The notes under the pieces are model-generated. The model did not search any database. It saw only the letters and a program-made list of their open reading frames with translations, and was not told the origin of the DNA. Made by a program: the position numbers and the translations under genes. From assembly GCA_964611205.1 (NCBI GenBank), contig CAZSZB010000002.1:10609-74608 (forward strand): a stretch of DNA of 64,000 nt, given 5' to 3'. The DNA is from an uncultured Candidatus Saccharibacteria bacterium (GTDB lineage: Bacteria; Patescibacteriota; Minisyncoccia; Phycocordibacterales; UBA918). Shown piece after piece: positions 20,469 through 30,756 of this stretch (the first letter of the stretch is position 1; each line of letters starts with the position of its first letter).

Positions 20469-21505
20469 GTTTGATTCTCATTTGTGGCCGCCGATATATG
20501 AGTGGCATAAATTTCCAACAAGACCACAAACAAGCTTAATATCACCGGTCCAACTATAAATCCAACTGGTCCAAAAACAGAAATACCTCCCAACACAGAT
20601 AACAGAATCAAAAATGGGTGTAATTTATTACCGCGACTTATCAAATACGGCCCAAGCAGGTTATCAATCAAACCGACAGCAAGTGACGCCCAGACAGTTA
20701 GACCAATGGCATTCACATATTCTCCTAAAACAATTAGATATATAATCGATGGTACCAAAACAATTGATGTACCGACGCTCGGAATCAAAGCTCCAAAAGC
20801 AGCCATGGTTCCCCATAAGATAGCTCTGTCGAAACCAAAGACATAAAGACCAATAGCCGTTAACACTCCTTGTATCAAGGCTATAGATACTACCCCAGTT
20901 AAAACCGATCGTACTGAAGTCGCCATTCTTCTAAGAATTATTTCATCATCTCCGTCTGGCAGTGGACTGATAGCTACTAGCTTCTTTGTGAAGTCTTTAC
21001 CATCACGGAACAGATAAAACGATCCTATAAAGGCGATAAAGAAAAGGAAAACAGTCGTAGCCGTACCAGCAAAAAAGGCACCTAAGTTTCCAGCCGCCCA
21101 AGCGGTCGCCTGTCTGATGTATTCAGTAAAGTTAAATTCAAAACCAGGAATAATATTTTGAGCAGTTTCTTCGAAGGCATTTATGCTTTCTTCAAATCCT
21201 ATCTGTTGATTTCCGGCTAGGTTATATAGAGAAACAGCTTCGTTAATAAGAGAAGATAAAATAAAAGAAAGTGGGATTACCACGATGACGATAACAATAC
21301 AGGTTGTAAAAAAAGCTGCTAAAGACCTGTTTTGTCTAGGCATTTTAGTAGTAATCTTTTCATAAAGAGGATAACTGACAGTCACGATAATAGCAGCTAA
21401 GGCTAAGGCTGACACAAATGGAGCCATCATTTTCCAAACTAAAAATCCTACTACGGCCATAAAGCCATAGAAGAAAACATACTCCACAATTCTATTAGTT
21501 AACAT
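20465..21505 (-). CDS. AI-2E family transporter
   Basis: Multi-TM, IPSVG, IDNLLGP, LHP..LLSVLGG..FG..GFIVGP. Confidence 0.92.
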   Translation of the reverse strand: MLTNRIVEYVFFYGFMAVVGFLVWKMMAPFVSALALAAIIVTVSYPLYEKITTKMPRQNRSLAAFFTTCIVIVIVVIPLSFILSSLINEAVSLYNLAGNQQIGFEESINAFEETAQNIIPGFEFNFTEYIRQATAWAAGNLGAFFAGTATTVFLFFIAFIGSFYLFRDGKDFTKKLVAISPLPDGDDEIILRRMATSVRSVLTGVVSIALIQGVLTAIGLYVFGFDRAILWGTMAAFGALIPSVGTSIVLVPSIIYLIVLGEYVNAIGLTVWASLAVGLIDNLLGPYLISRGNKLHPFLILLSVLGGISVFGPVGFIVGPVILSLFVVLLEIYATHISAATNENQT

Positions 21506-21581
21506 ATGTAATATTGTAGCAAACTATCTTTATTAATAAAACGAACAAAGACCCAGCAAAGCTAGGTCCTTTGTCATCTAT

Positions 21582-21740
21582 CTAAGGATTAAGAGTGCTT
21601 ATCTGCACTTCTGTAACTAAGGCGGCTGTCTGCAATGTATTGAAAGTTGCTACTGTTGCTGACTCAAAAGCGACAAAAGCATCATTCAGCAAAACTGACA
21701 AACCATAGATAATGATGATAAATCCAATGGCTCTAAACAT
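21582..21740 (-). CDS. Small membrane protein (52 aa; not in ORF track)
   Basis: MFRAIGFIIIIYGLSVLLNDAFVAFESATVATFNTLQTAALVTEVQISTLNP*, followed by a hairpin near 21545-21575. Confidence 0.6.
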   Translation of the reverse strand: MFRAIGFIIIIYGLSVLLNDAFVAFESATVATFNTLQTAALVTEVQISTLNP

Positions 21741-21918
21741 ATTTGTTTAAAATTACTTCCCATTGACCCAGACACGACTAATATCAGGGGAATCTAAACG
21801 ACTCAAGGGAACCTTGGTGACGAACAACTTAACTACCAAAAATATAACACAAATTATTGAAATTGGAAGATTCTATAAAACACCGGGCAGTGCCATGTTC
21901 AATGAACCTAATCTATCG

Positions 21919-22944
21919 TTATTTTAGAGTCTGCTTAATATCTTCGATTTCTTTACCTATCAAGGTTTCCGAAACAGCTAAAGTCTTATTTAGGTTAGAT
22001 ATGACTTCTTTTTCCTTTTTAGTTAACCTGGGTTTTTTATCAAGAGTGTCTATTTGTTCGTAAATCTCATCTCGTAGAGCGGTGAAGATTTTTTGCATTT
22101 GCTCCTGCACTTCCCATGTCTCATTCATTACTTCAATTTTCTGCCTAGCCTGTTCACGTAAGTTATAGATAAGATAGAAAAATAAAACTAGAATCACTAA
22201 GACTAGATTTACAATCAACCAATTGATCCCCAGTGGTGGAGCAATATTAGTATTGCTGGCATTCGTATTTGTAGTATCTGTAAAATTTAAAAGCAAAGGG
22301 ACAATACTGTTGGTTTTATTTCCCGCTTTATCTACTGCAACCACTCTCACAATATGTGATCCTAAAGATACATTATCTAGACTGTAACCTAATTGGGCTT
22401 CTTCTGGAGATATGATGACGGTCTTATGGCCAGAGATGGTGACTTCATAATAATCTATCCCCGACATAGTGTCAGTTGCTTCAAAATATAAAGTTGGTTT
22501 TTCACCTGCTGCATCACTAACTAAACGATGTAAAAATGGCAGTGGTGGAGTATTGTCTATCAGTAATTTCTGACTAGCTACTTCTCCCCACCCTTCATCA
22601 TTTTTAAACTGAACATTCAAAAACCAAGTTCCGTCTTCTAAGTCACTAGTATCTAAAACAAACTCCGAAATTGGAGGCCGAAAAGATGTCATCGGTTCTG
22701 TATCAGATGAAGTTGCTACATCAACGGCTACTGCTACAACATCTTCTGGTAGATCCCAGACAAAAGAATAGGATTTGGCTTCTGGCCAAGAGTTCTTACT
22801 CACTGTTTCCGTCGGTTTTATGACTGGGGTATTGTCAGCAGTAGCTGTATTAAAGAAAATAAAAAAACTCAATGACAAAAACACTGTCATGAGCAACAGA
22901 CGAATAAAACCAAAATAGAATGAACGTAAGGAAGGAACTAACAT
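21919..22944 (-). CDS. Ig-like domain membrane protein
   Basis: Signal, IDNTPP, ATDTMSGIDYYEV, AVDKAGN Ig/FN3-type motifs, TM and coiled tail. Confidence 0.7.
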   Translation of the reverse strand: MLVPSLRSFYFGFIRLLLMTVFLSLSFFIFFNTATADNTPVIKPTETVSKNSWPEAKSYSFVWDLPEDVVAVAVDVATSSDTEPMTSFRPPISEFVLDTSDLEDGTWFLNVQFKNDEGWGEVASQKLLIDNTPPLPFLHRLVSDAAGEKPTLYFEATDTMSGIDYYEVTISGHKTVIISPEEAQLGYSLDNVSLGSHIVRVVAVDKAGNKTNSIVPLLLNFTDTTNTNASNTNIAPPLGINWLIVNLVLVILVLFFYLIYNLREQARQKIEVMNETWEVQEQMQKIFTALRDEIYEQIDTLDKKPRLTKKEKEVISNLNKTLAVSETLIGKEIEDIKQTLK

Positions 22945-23003
22945 ATAACTTACATTAACATTATGACATATAAATTAATCAATGTTGTCCAGTTATATCC
23001 ACT

Positions 23004-23405
23004 TTAATCAAATAACAAAGGCAGGCTTAGAATGAGAATTCCATCTTTTAATTTAGCTTGTGCCTGATCAACATCAACCCTGGCTGGTAAAAAAATCTTT
23101 CTTTTAAAATTACCCCAGACACATTCTTCAGTACAAAAATCACCATCTTTTTCTACCTGAGCAATCAAATGTTCTGGTCGTAATCGCTTACCTCTTATTA
23201 TTAAAATATCTGCCTCTCCTTCCACTGACACGTCTATGCTAGACATATTAGCTCCTGCCACCTGAGCGTAGACAATTATGCTATCGGACGCTTGAAAGAC
23301 ATCAACATTAAGACGGGCCAAACTTGGCACAGGAATGCTTTCTTCTGATATTAAATCATTTTTAGTCTGTTCTTTTTTCTTTCTATTTTTTCTAAAAAAA
23401 GACAT
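23004..23405 (-). CDS. Hsp20/alpha-crystallin family protein
   Basis: VDVFQ, ECVWGNFKRKIFLP, AKLKDGILILSLP. Confidence 0.9.
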   Translation of the reverse strand: MSFFRKNRKKKEQTKNDLISEESIPVPSLARLNVDVFQASDSIIVYAQVAGANMSSIDVSVEGEADILIIRGKRLRPEHLIAQVEKDGDFCTEECVWGNFKRKIFLPARVDVDQAQAKLKDGILILSLPLLFD

Positions 23406-23514
23406 GTCTAATCATTCTACCTGATTAATCCTATATATTTATTTATCTTATGCACAAAGACAGCTTATTAGAGACGGTATACACTAATACGACATAAGAG
23501 ACTGTCCCTTTGCC

Positions 23515-24765
23515 CTATTTTGCTACTACCCTGGGGATATCTATCCACACCGTCGTGTAGTGAGGGGAACGTAATTTAGTACTTGTATTAGGCCCGCTTT
23601 TTAAAACCACTCCCTGTCTTAAGGTACCGGCGCCAAAACGGTTGTTCAGTTGGTCACGTATTTTATCTAATTCATCGGATTTTTCCTCAGTAGAGGTAAA
23701 CAAAGTCACGGGTAACATATCTTCTGGGATAAGACCGGAAACTGTTATCCCGACTTTTTTGTAAGGAGTGGTTGCTTCATAAATTTCAGACAATCCTTTA
23801 AGGGCTAATTTGGTCAGCTCGATCGTATCATTCGTAGGTCTCTCTAAAACTATATTACTCGTACTCTTCTTTAAGTTGAAATCACTGTGACGACTAGCTC
23901 TGGCTAAGATATTTATGTTCCCAGCTAATAATTTTTTTGTTCGTAATTTTTTTGCTACTTCTGACACATGAAAAACAAGAGCACTTTCTAAACCTTTCTT
24001 CTCTTTAATAATTTTTGAAAATGACCTTGTGCTAGCAATACTCTTATTTGGCTCTCGACTATTAACCCCTATTTTATGAACACTAATGCCGAGTAATTCA
24101 TCTTGAATACGACGACCACTAATACCAAAATTATATGCTACAAAAGACTTTTCCAAATTCATAAAATCAGCAGCCGTAGTGATATTGTTTGTTCGTAACT
24201 TAGCTGTCATGGCCGGACCTAGATTCCATACTTCTTGACAGAGATAGTCGCTAGCTAATTTATTCCACTTCTCTTCATTAAGTAAACAAACTCCCGTTGT
24301 ATTTTTTTTGCCCAGACTGCTACCAATTTTTGCTAAAGTTTTAGTTTTTGCCGCACCGATAGAAACTGGAATTCCTACACTTTTTATAATTCTTTGTCGT
24401 AAGGACATTAGGTCTTTTTCTGAGATATTGTTTGTTAAGGTAAAAAAAGCCTCATCAACAGAATAAATTTCGCATTCCCCTACTTCGTCAGCCAAAACTC
24501 TCATTACTCGTCTGGAAATATCTCTATATAAGGAAAAATTAGTTGAAAAGAAAGTCACTCCACTCATATCGACTAATTTTTTGGCTTGGAAAAGCGGAAT
24601 ACCCATCGGTACTCCCATAGCTTTAACTTCATTGCTGCGAGCAACTATAACCCCATCATTACCGGAAAGTACCACTACTGGCTTATGTTCCAGATCTGGA
24701 CGAAAAAGCCGTTCACACGAAACGAAGAAGTTATTACAATCCATTAAACCTATCATTATCAACAT
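23515..24765 (-). CDS. umuC: Y-family DNA polymerase (UmuC-like)
   Basis: DCNNFFVSCER, YSVDEAF, TKTLAK, C-terminal SPHYTT.W (DUF4113). Confidence 0.9.
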   Translation of the reverse strand: MLIMIGLMDCNNFFVSCERLFRPDLEHKPVVVLSGNDGVIVARSNEVKAMGVPMGIPLFQAKKLVDMSGVTFFSTNFSLYRDISRRVMRVLADEVGECEIYSVDEAFFTLTNNISEKDLMSLRQRIIKSVGIPVSIGAAKTKTLAKIGSSLGKKNTTGVCLLNEEKWNKLASDYLCQEVWNLGPAMTAKLRTNNITTAADFMNLEKSFVAYNFGISGRRIQDELLGISVHKIGVNSREPNKSIASTRSFSKIIKEKKGLESALVFHVSEVAKKLRTKKLLAGNINILARASRHSDFNLKKSTSNIVLERPTNDTIELTKLALKGLSEIYEATTPYKKVGITVSGLIPEDMLPVTLFTSTEEKSDELDKIRDQLNNRFGAGTLRQGVVLKSGPNTSTKLRSPHYTTVWIDIPRVVAK

Positions 24766-24859
24766 TTTACCATTCTTAGATTTCTAAATGTAAGGATTTT
24801 ATAATTAGTACGTCACCACTTAATGAGAGAATTACTAGATAATTTAAAATAAAATAAAT

Positions 24860-25114
24860 ATGAGTATGCGTAAATTAAGTTTACCTGCTGCGATTTGTGC
24901 TATTGGATTATCAGTAACAATGTTTCTACCAACCATAACTAATGCTTCTTACACGGAAGGTTTCAGTCAAAATAGACTGGAGGAACAAAAAAGGATAGTG
25001 CTATTAGAAATGGTAGATGTATTAGAGGAGGAGGTAAAATTATTACAGATGAATCTAATTAACCACCTAGTCTATCGAGTCGAACAACTTGAAAAGCAAA
25101 TAGCAGCGAAGTAA
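24860..25114 (+). CDS. Small secreted coiled-coil protein
   Basis: Signal peptide plus helical segment; ends at terminator. Confidence 0.65.
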   Translation: MSMRKLSLPAAICAIGLSVTMFLPTITNASYTEGFSQNRLEEQKRIVLLEMVDVLEEEVKLLQMNLINHLVYRVEQLEKQIAAK

Positions 25115-25150
25115 AAAATAGCCGGCACCCATTGGGTGCCGGCTATTTTT
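25114..25150. terminator. Bidirectional intrinsic terminator
   Basis: AAAAATAGCCGGCACCCA-T-TGGGTGCCGGCTATTTTT between convergent genes. Confidence 0.85.
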
Positions 25151-25161
25151 AACTAAATTTC

Positions 25162-26355
25162 TTAAAATAGTTTCCAAATATTTTTATCTTCTGAACCGTC
25201 TAGCTTAAAGAAAGCTACTCCTTTGAGACCATACTTTTTAGCTAGATCTACTTTATCTTTAGCAGCCTTAGAATCGCTAACCTCCACATAACGAACTGGT
25301 ATCTCAACTCCAGCGTAAGTAGCTACCAAAAGTGCCTTAGCGGCGGCTTCGTAACCTTTAGGTGTACCTTCAGGTGTTGGTAGTTGGTTAAAAATCTTCC
25401 ATACTGAATCTTCTGGGAAATATGTGATGACCGCTTCTCCGCCTTGGCTACGACCGATTTTAAGATCATATTTTTCAGCTAGCTCAGGTATTCGAGAGTA
25501 ATTCAAACTAGCTACTCTTTTATAATCTCGATACCAATCAGCCGCTACAGTTACATCATATGCTCGACCGTATGTAGGGATACCTAACATTATTTTATCC
25601 TTATCTATACCTTCAAGAGCAAACTCTAAAACATGCTCTACCCAGTCAATATCAGCTACTGGACTATAAGGAACACCCTGACGTTTTTTGTTAAATACTA
25701 TATCGGCTCTTTGCTGATCATAAGCCATTATTTCTATAATATCGCAATGACGATTTATCGCTTCGTAATCATTGGCGTACTTGATCTCAGCCGGAATCTC
25801 TAACCAGCGATGCTCTGGGCGCATTCTTGCCTCAATTGTACAAGCCAAACTAGCTCGACCTAATTCGTCATCTAACTCTTTTAGAAACTCAGAAAAATAA
25901 TCTTTAGTTTCTGACCATTTTTCTTCAAAGTCGATATCAATACCGGCATAATTGTTATCTGTAACAAGCTCTCCGATATCTTTTACTAATCTCTGTCGCT
26001 GCACCTCATCTGAAAGTACTGCATGAATACCCTCTCCATTAAACCAAGCAATGGTTGGAATCACCTCTACTTTATTCTTTTTAGCTTTCTTTATAAGATC
26101 CTTCCAGACTCCTTTTTTAAGATCCGCTTTAGCAACAATCTTTCCACCTTCTTCGACTTCATAAACAAAAGGATAAATGACATCTAACTCATCTACTTGT
26201 TTGGCCACTTTTCTTACTCCATCGTCCTCAGTCCACCACGGAATCCAACCGGCTACATCTCCCTGATAACTAGCTTCGACCAAAGTTGTTGTACCCAACA
26301 TAATGAAACAGCTAACAACTACTAGCTGTATACTTTTGAAAATCTTTTTATTCAT
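25162..26355 (-). CDS. GH18 glycoside hydrolase (chitinase/peptidoglycan hydrolase-like), secreted
   Basis: GIDIDFE (DxDxE), IMAYDQ, LGIPTYG, YGLKGVAFF; start likely ATG 26355. Confidence 0.88.
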   Translation of the reverse strand: MNKKIFKSIQLVVVSCFIMLGTTTLVEASYQGDVAGWIPWWTEDDGVRKVAKQVDELDVIYPFVYEVEEGGKIVAKADLKKGVWKDLIKKAKKNKVEVIPTIAWFNGEGIHAVLSDEVQRQRLVKDIGELVTDNNYAGIDIDFEEKWSETKDYFSEFLKELDDELGRASLACTIEARMRPEHRWLEIPAEIKYANDYEAINRHCDIIEIMAYDQQRADIVFNKKRQGVPYSPVADIDWVEHVLEFALEGIDKDKIMLGIPTYGRAYDVTVAADWYRDYKRVASLNYSRIPELAEKYDLKIGRSQGGEAVITYFPEDSVWKIFNQLPTPEGTPKGYEAAAKALLVATYAGVEIPVRYVEVSDSKAAKDKVDLAKKYGLKGVAFFKLDGSEDKNIWKLF

Positions 26356-26415
26356 ACTGTTGATGACGTACGTATTCAACTTCTCTTTCAAGAATGCAAT
26401 TTCAGGCCTAAATAT

Positions 26416-27141
26416 ATGATAAAATTACAATTTATGAAGGATAAACGAATATTTTACGGGATTTTATTTACTATTACAGTAACAATCGCAATTATTATCT
26501 TTGCCCTTTACAATGAGGGAGTTTTTTTAAACAAAACCTATCACAATCAACTTTTAGACTACGACATCACCATCCCTAGAGGATACAGGCTGGGAATCGA
26601 ATATATGGCATTTTTAGCTACTTTGGATGATAGGCCATTACGTATAAATACCAATACTTATTTCGATCCTAATACTGCTGAATTAGTGGTTTTAACCAGA
26701 CAGAGTAAAAGCCAAGAAAAAACAAATGTCAGTCGTCTAGATAGTCGCCGCGTCACTAGCCTTGAGCAGGTTTGTGATTGTATTGTGCTGTCACCTATTT
26801 TCAAACCCCAGCAAATCACAGAGATGATAGATGATAAAGAACTTACCAAAGGCTTAAAAACTAAAGCTGGTGAAATAACCTACGCAAACGGTAAAACTAC
26901 CAATATCTACCACTGGAAGCTAGCTACCATCGCTGTTAATGACACTACTCAAGCAGCTACACCAATCAAGGCTGTGAGAGCAGTGTCAGATATTTACTTT
27001 CGAGAACCTCGATCTTTTGCTTTTGATAATGAGTACACCATTAATTACCAGTTAGACGTCTACGGTCTCCAACTAACTAGTTTTGTCCAAAATAATAATT
27101 CTTCTCCTTTCCAAAAAATAGCTCGAGCTATTACTTTCTAA
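26416..27141 (+). CDS. Hypothetical membrane-anchored protein
   Basis: 241-aa ORF with N-terminal TM. Confidence 0.7.
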   Translation: MIKLQFMKDKRIFYGILFTITVTIAIIIFALYNEGVFLNKTYHNQLLDYDITIPRGYRLGIEYMAFLATLDDRPLRINTNTYFDPNTAELVVLTRQSKSQEKTNVSRLDSRRVTSLEQVCDCIVLSPIFKPQQITEMIDDKELTKGLKTKAGEITYANGKTTNIYHWKLATIAVNDTTQAATPIKAVRAVSDIYFREPRSFAFDNEYTINYQLDVYGLQLTSFVQNNNSSPFQKIARAITF

Positions 27142-27146
27142 AATTT

Positions 27147-27596
27147 TTAGCGACTAAACTGACGGACACTGCCCACTACCACTCCCCAGATAGTACAATC
27201 TTCATCCTCAGAGATCTTAATCGGTAGATAATTTACATTTTCTGATACCAGTAAACCTTCTTTACCCGCTGCAACTCGTAGGCGCTTAACCACCATCTCA
27301 CCGTTGACCGCCGCCACAACAATATCATTGTTCACAGCTTCTATTCCTCGATCAATCACCAGAACATCACCTGAAAAAATGCCGGCGCCTTCCATCGAAT
27401 CTCCTTCTACTCTAACAAAAAAAGTCGTAGCCGGATTTTTTACCACCAAATCGTTGATATCTAAAACGTTTTCTACCTGATCATCACCCGGAGACGGAAA
27501 ACCGGCGGCCGGACGTGAAGCATACATAGGTCTAGCATTCTTTTTATTAGTCTTGGCTTTTCTGATATCTTTCACAGTTGTCTCACTTTTAATCAT
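27147..27596 (-). CDS. umuD: UmuD-like S24 autopeptidase
   Basis: AAGFPSP cleavage site, VEGDSM (Ser), VVKRL (Lys), no HTH. Confidence 0.9.
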   Translation of the reverse strand: MIKSETTVKDIRKAKTNKKNARPMYASRPAAGFPSPGDDQVENVLDINDLVVKNPATTFFVRVEGDSMEGAGIFSGDVLVIDRGIEAVNNDIVVAAVNGEMVVKRLRVAAGKEGLLVSENVNYLPIKISEDEDCTIWGVVVGSVRQFSR

Positions 27597-27626
27597 CCAT
27601 CAATTATAACTTTCTCCGCAATCAAA

Positions 27627-27661
27627 ACAAAAGACTAAACACTCTGTGTTTAGTCTTTTGT
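27627..27661. terminator. Intrinsic terminator after CAP-domain gene
   Basis: ACAAAAGACTAAACAC-TCT-GTGTTTAGTCTTTTGT. Confidence 0.75.
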
Positions 27662-27675
27662 AGTAATTATTCTTG

Positions 27676-28734
27676 CTAAATTATCGTTGCCCCAGCAGTC
27701 ACTAGGATATGAATCTGATAAAGTCCCGCCATCATTATTAGTAAGACAAAACTGTAGGCAACCTGAATTGGATTTTGGTATTTAATATCAATCAAAATAG
27801 ATAATAATAGCGAACCTACTACAAACAAAGCAATTACAAGATATAAAATTTGTAGGATTGATCGTGGGCTAGTCGCCAATTTGCTAAGAACATTCGCTTC
27901 TCTGACTGTTTCTCTGGGTTGATTGTCAGCACTAATTGAAGCCGGAACTCCACCAGTAGAGGTGGAAATATGATTCGAGTAGACCGCCACCTGATTGCCT
28001 GAAACATCGATATTTTCAACCGCTGTTGTGTTTACTGATTCTGACAAAACTTCACTCTGTAAATTATTAGTCAAACTTACTTCCCCACCGTTATTCGATT
28101 CGCCTAGGGAAGCTAAAGAGTCATCAGTTCTAGCTGGAATTATTTTTTTAGTTACCTTATCCGTTAAATTTATTCCCGGGGTACCAAACATTTGCACCAC
28201 ATATACTGTTGGATAACCATCGTAGACTCCTTTGGCAGTTCCTACACCAATCTCAGTATATTTGCCGTCCATTATGTTGGCCCGATGAGTCGGAGAATCC
28301 ATCCATGCTTTTACAACAGCATCTGAATCATTGAAATGTATTGCTAGGTTTTCTCCAGCGTGTACAAAATTATATTGCACGTCGTTAAACCAATACCAAG
28401 GAGAGACGCCAGTTGGGCTGAAGTGAGCAAAATACTCATGTTCAGCCATATCTTCTGCTTTGCGAGTGGCTGCCAAATCTAAAGTAGGATTCCTTTTTAG
28501 ATAACTTAGAGAATCTGAAGCTCTCTCTTGGTTAGTCAGATCAACAATTACTGCCGGTAACACTGTCGATACCAGCCAATCCGAGCTAACCCACAGCAGA
28601 GATTGAATATTTATAAAAGCAAACGATAATAAGACCAAAGCAAACATGCCTACCATGGCTGCTTTTTGTAGACTATGAGGAGAATAATCGTTCCCTTCGT
28701 GTGGAATAAAGCAATCTTTCAGGCTCCTTTTCAT
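27676..28734 (-). CDS. CAP (SCP) domain membrane protein
   Basis: LTNQER, YFAHFSP, AGENLA, WMDSPTHRANI; C-terminal TMs. Confidence 0.9.
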   Translation of the reverse strand: MKRSLKDCFIPHEGNDYSPHSLQKAAMVGMFALVLLSFAFINIQSLLWVSSDWLVSTVLPAVIVDLTNQERASDSLSYLKRNPTLDLAATRKAEDMAEHEYFAHFSPTGVSPWYWFNDVQYNFVHAGENLAIHFNDSDAVVKAWMDSPTHRANIMDGKYTEIGVGTAKGVYDGYPTVYVVQMFGTPGINLTDKVTKKIIPARTDDSLASLGESNNGGEVSLTNNLQSEVLSESVNTTAVENIDVSGNQVAVYSNHISTSTGGVPASISADNQPRETVREANVLSKLATSPRSILQILYLVIALFVVGSLLLSILIDIKYQNPIQVAYSFVLLIMMAGLYQIHILVTAGATII

Positions 28735-28752
28735 TAAGATTATTATACAACA

Positions 28753-30006
28753 TCAAACTGACTCTCCAGCCACCCGTCCACTGGTCCAACATAACTGGAG
28801 TGAGTATCCTCCACTCGGACGATTAACATGTAAAACATCTCCAATTAAGAAAAGATTATCCACTTTCTTTGAGCGCATAGTCTTGGTATCTATCTCTTTA
28901 AGATCTACTCCACCATCAGATATCACCGCCCAGTCCATCCCCATGGTACCGGTTATAGTAAGCGGCATAGCTTTAATAAGGTCAGCCAAAGCGTAACGTG
29001 CTTCGCGCGACACACTATGGACCTTTTCTTCAAGTAATTCCGGTTCGAGATGGCTACCTACTGCCTCGCTCATACCATGGGGGACAAACTCTTTCAAAAC
29101 ATTTTTAAAAGTTTTATTTTTATTTTGTTCAAATACTCGTAGGATTTTATCTCGCAAAGACCCAACCTCCGTATCAGGATACATATCAATAGTAGCTAAT
29201 ATCGGGCCACCTTTTAATATTTTTTTTACTTCATGGGCAGCGTTAAGAATAAGTGGTCCAGACAAACCAAAATGAGTAAAAAGAATTTTACCTACTTTAG
29301 AAAACCGACCTTGTTCTTTGCTTAAGTCACTACCAAAAGTAATCTTCATAAACGACAAGGTTGTACCTGAAAGCTCTTTAACCCAATCGTCAGCTACAAC
29401 CAAAGGAACAATGTTGGGATTAGGTTCATGTACTGTATGTCCAAATTGTTTTAACCAGTTAATCCCCTCACCGGTCGACCCTGTTTCACTACGCGATGAT
29501 CCACCAGTAGCCAAAATGAAGTTGTTACCACGCAACACTCCATCATTGGTTCTGATAGCTATTAGCTTACCGTTTTCTGTTACAAAATCCTGAACTTTTG
29601 TCTTCAGTTTTAATTCCACATTGTTATCAGTACAGAATTTCCGCATAAAAGCTGTAACGTCTTCTGCATTTTGACTAACGGGAAAGACTCGGTTCCTAGC
29701 TTCAACTGTTAAGGATAAGCCCTCCTCTTCGAAAAAATCCCAAGCGTCTTGCATACCAAATTGGGCAAATGGTGAAAATAAGTATTTAGCAGCTTCACCA
29801 TAATTATCTAGTAACTGTCGAGTGTCTTTTTCCGCATTTAAAATATTACAACGACCACCACCCGTTATAGATAGCTTCTTCCCTAAATCTTTATTTTTTT
29901 CGACTAGTAAAACTTTTTTACCTCGACTGGCAGCGGTGCCGGCGGCCATCATTCCTGCTGGACCACCACCAATTACGATGACGTCATACACATGATCACT
30001 TGACAT
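28753..30006 (-). CDS. HI0933/YhiN family flavoprotein
   Basis: GGGPAG, GKKLSITGGGRCN, LFTHFGLSGP, GGYSLQ. Confidence 0.92.
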   Translation of the reverse strand: MSSDHVYDVIVIGGGPAGMMAAGTAASRGKKVLLVEKNKDLGKKLSITGGGRCNILNAEKDTRQLLDNYGEAAKYLFSPFAQFGMQDAWDFFEEEGLSLTVEARNRVFPVSQNAEDVTAFMRKFCTDNNVELKLKTKVQDFVTENGKLIAIRTNDGVLRGNNFILATGGSSRSETGSTGEGINWLKQFGHTVHEPNPNIVPLVVADDWVKELSGTTLSFMKITFGSDLSKEQGRFSKVGKILFTHFGLSGPLILNAAHEVKKILKGGPILATIDMYPDTEVGSLRDKILRVFEQNKNKTFKNVLKEFVPHGMSEAVGSHLEPELLEEKVHSVSREARYALADLIKAMPLTITGTMGMDWAVISDGGVDLKEIDTKTMRSKKVDNLFLIGDVLHVNRPSGGYSLQLCWTSGRVAGESV

Positions 30007-30047
30007 AACGGGGAAATATTAGCATGATGTGCCGACAAAACAAAGTT

Positions 30048-30755
30048 ATGTCTAAAGAAATACGGATAAATAAAAGATTAGCTGAACTAGGACTATGTTC
30101 CAGACGTGAGGGCGATGACCTAATAAGTAGGGGCCAAGTTTTAGTGAACGGAAAGAAGGCTGTTATGGGTGAGAAGGTATCAGAACGAGACAAAATCGAA
30201 ATTAAAGGCAAACAAATTGAGAAGAAATATCTGGCTTATTATAAAGGTCGCGGCATAATCACCCACTCACCTAGTGAAAATGAAGTTGATATAGCGACTA
30301 GGTTAAAGAAAGACTACAAATTAGAAGACGTGTATCCTATTGGGCGTTTAGACAAAGATTCCGAAGGTCTAATAATCCTAACTAACGATGGTCGTATTAC
30401 TGCTCCACTACTAGATCCTGAAAATAATATCGCCAAAACATATGAGGTGGAAGTCGACAAGCCAGTTAGTAACTTTTTACTTAAACACCTTCAAGCCGGA
30501 GTAAATATTGAGGGTTATGTAACCAAACCAGCTCTAGCTGAGAAAAAATCAGACAAACACTTTCTACTCACTATCTCCGAGGGAAAAAAGCACCAAATTA
30601 GGCGCATGTGTATTGCTTTGGGTTTTCAGGTACAAACTTTAAAGCGTCTAAAGATTGCTAACATCGAGTTAGGGAAACTTAAACCTAATCAATACCGAAA
30701 ACTCACTGGGGAAGAACTTGGTGATTTATTTGCTATTTTAAATATTAAAAACTAG
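30048..30755 (+). CDS. RsuA-family rRNA pseudouridine synthase (RluF/RluB-like)
   Basis: S4 domain, GRLDKDSEGL, EGKKHQIRRM. Confidence 0.93.
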   Translation: MSKEIRINKRLAELGLCSRREGDDLISRGQVLVNGKKAVMGEKVSERDKIEIKGKQIEKKYLAYYKGRGIITHSPSENEVDIATRLKKDYKLEDVYPIGRLDKDSEGLIILTNDGRITAPLLDPENNIAKTYEVEVDKPVSNFLLKHLQAGVNIEGYVTKPALAEKKSDKHFLLTISEGKKHQIRRMCIALGFQVQTLKRLKIANIELGKLKPNQYRKLTGEELGDLFAILNIKN

Positions 30756-30756
30756 A

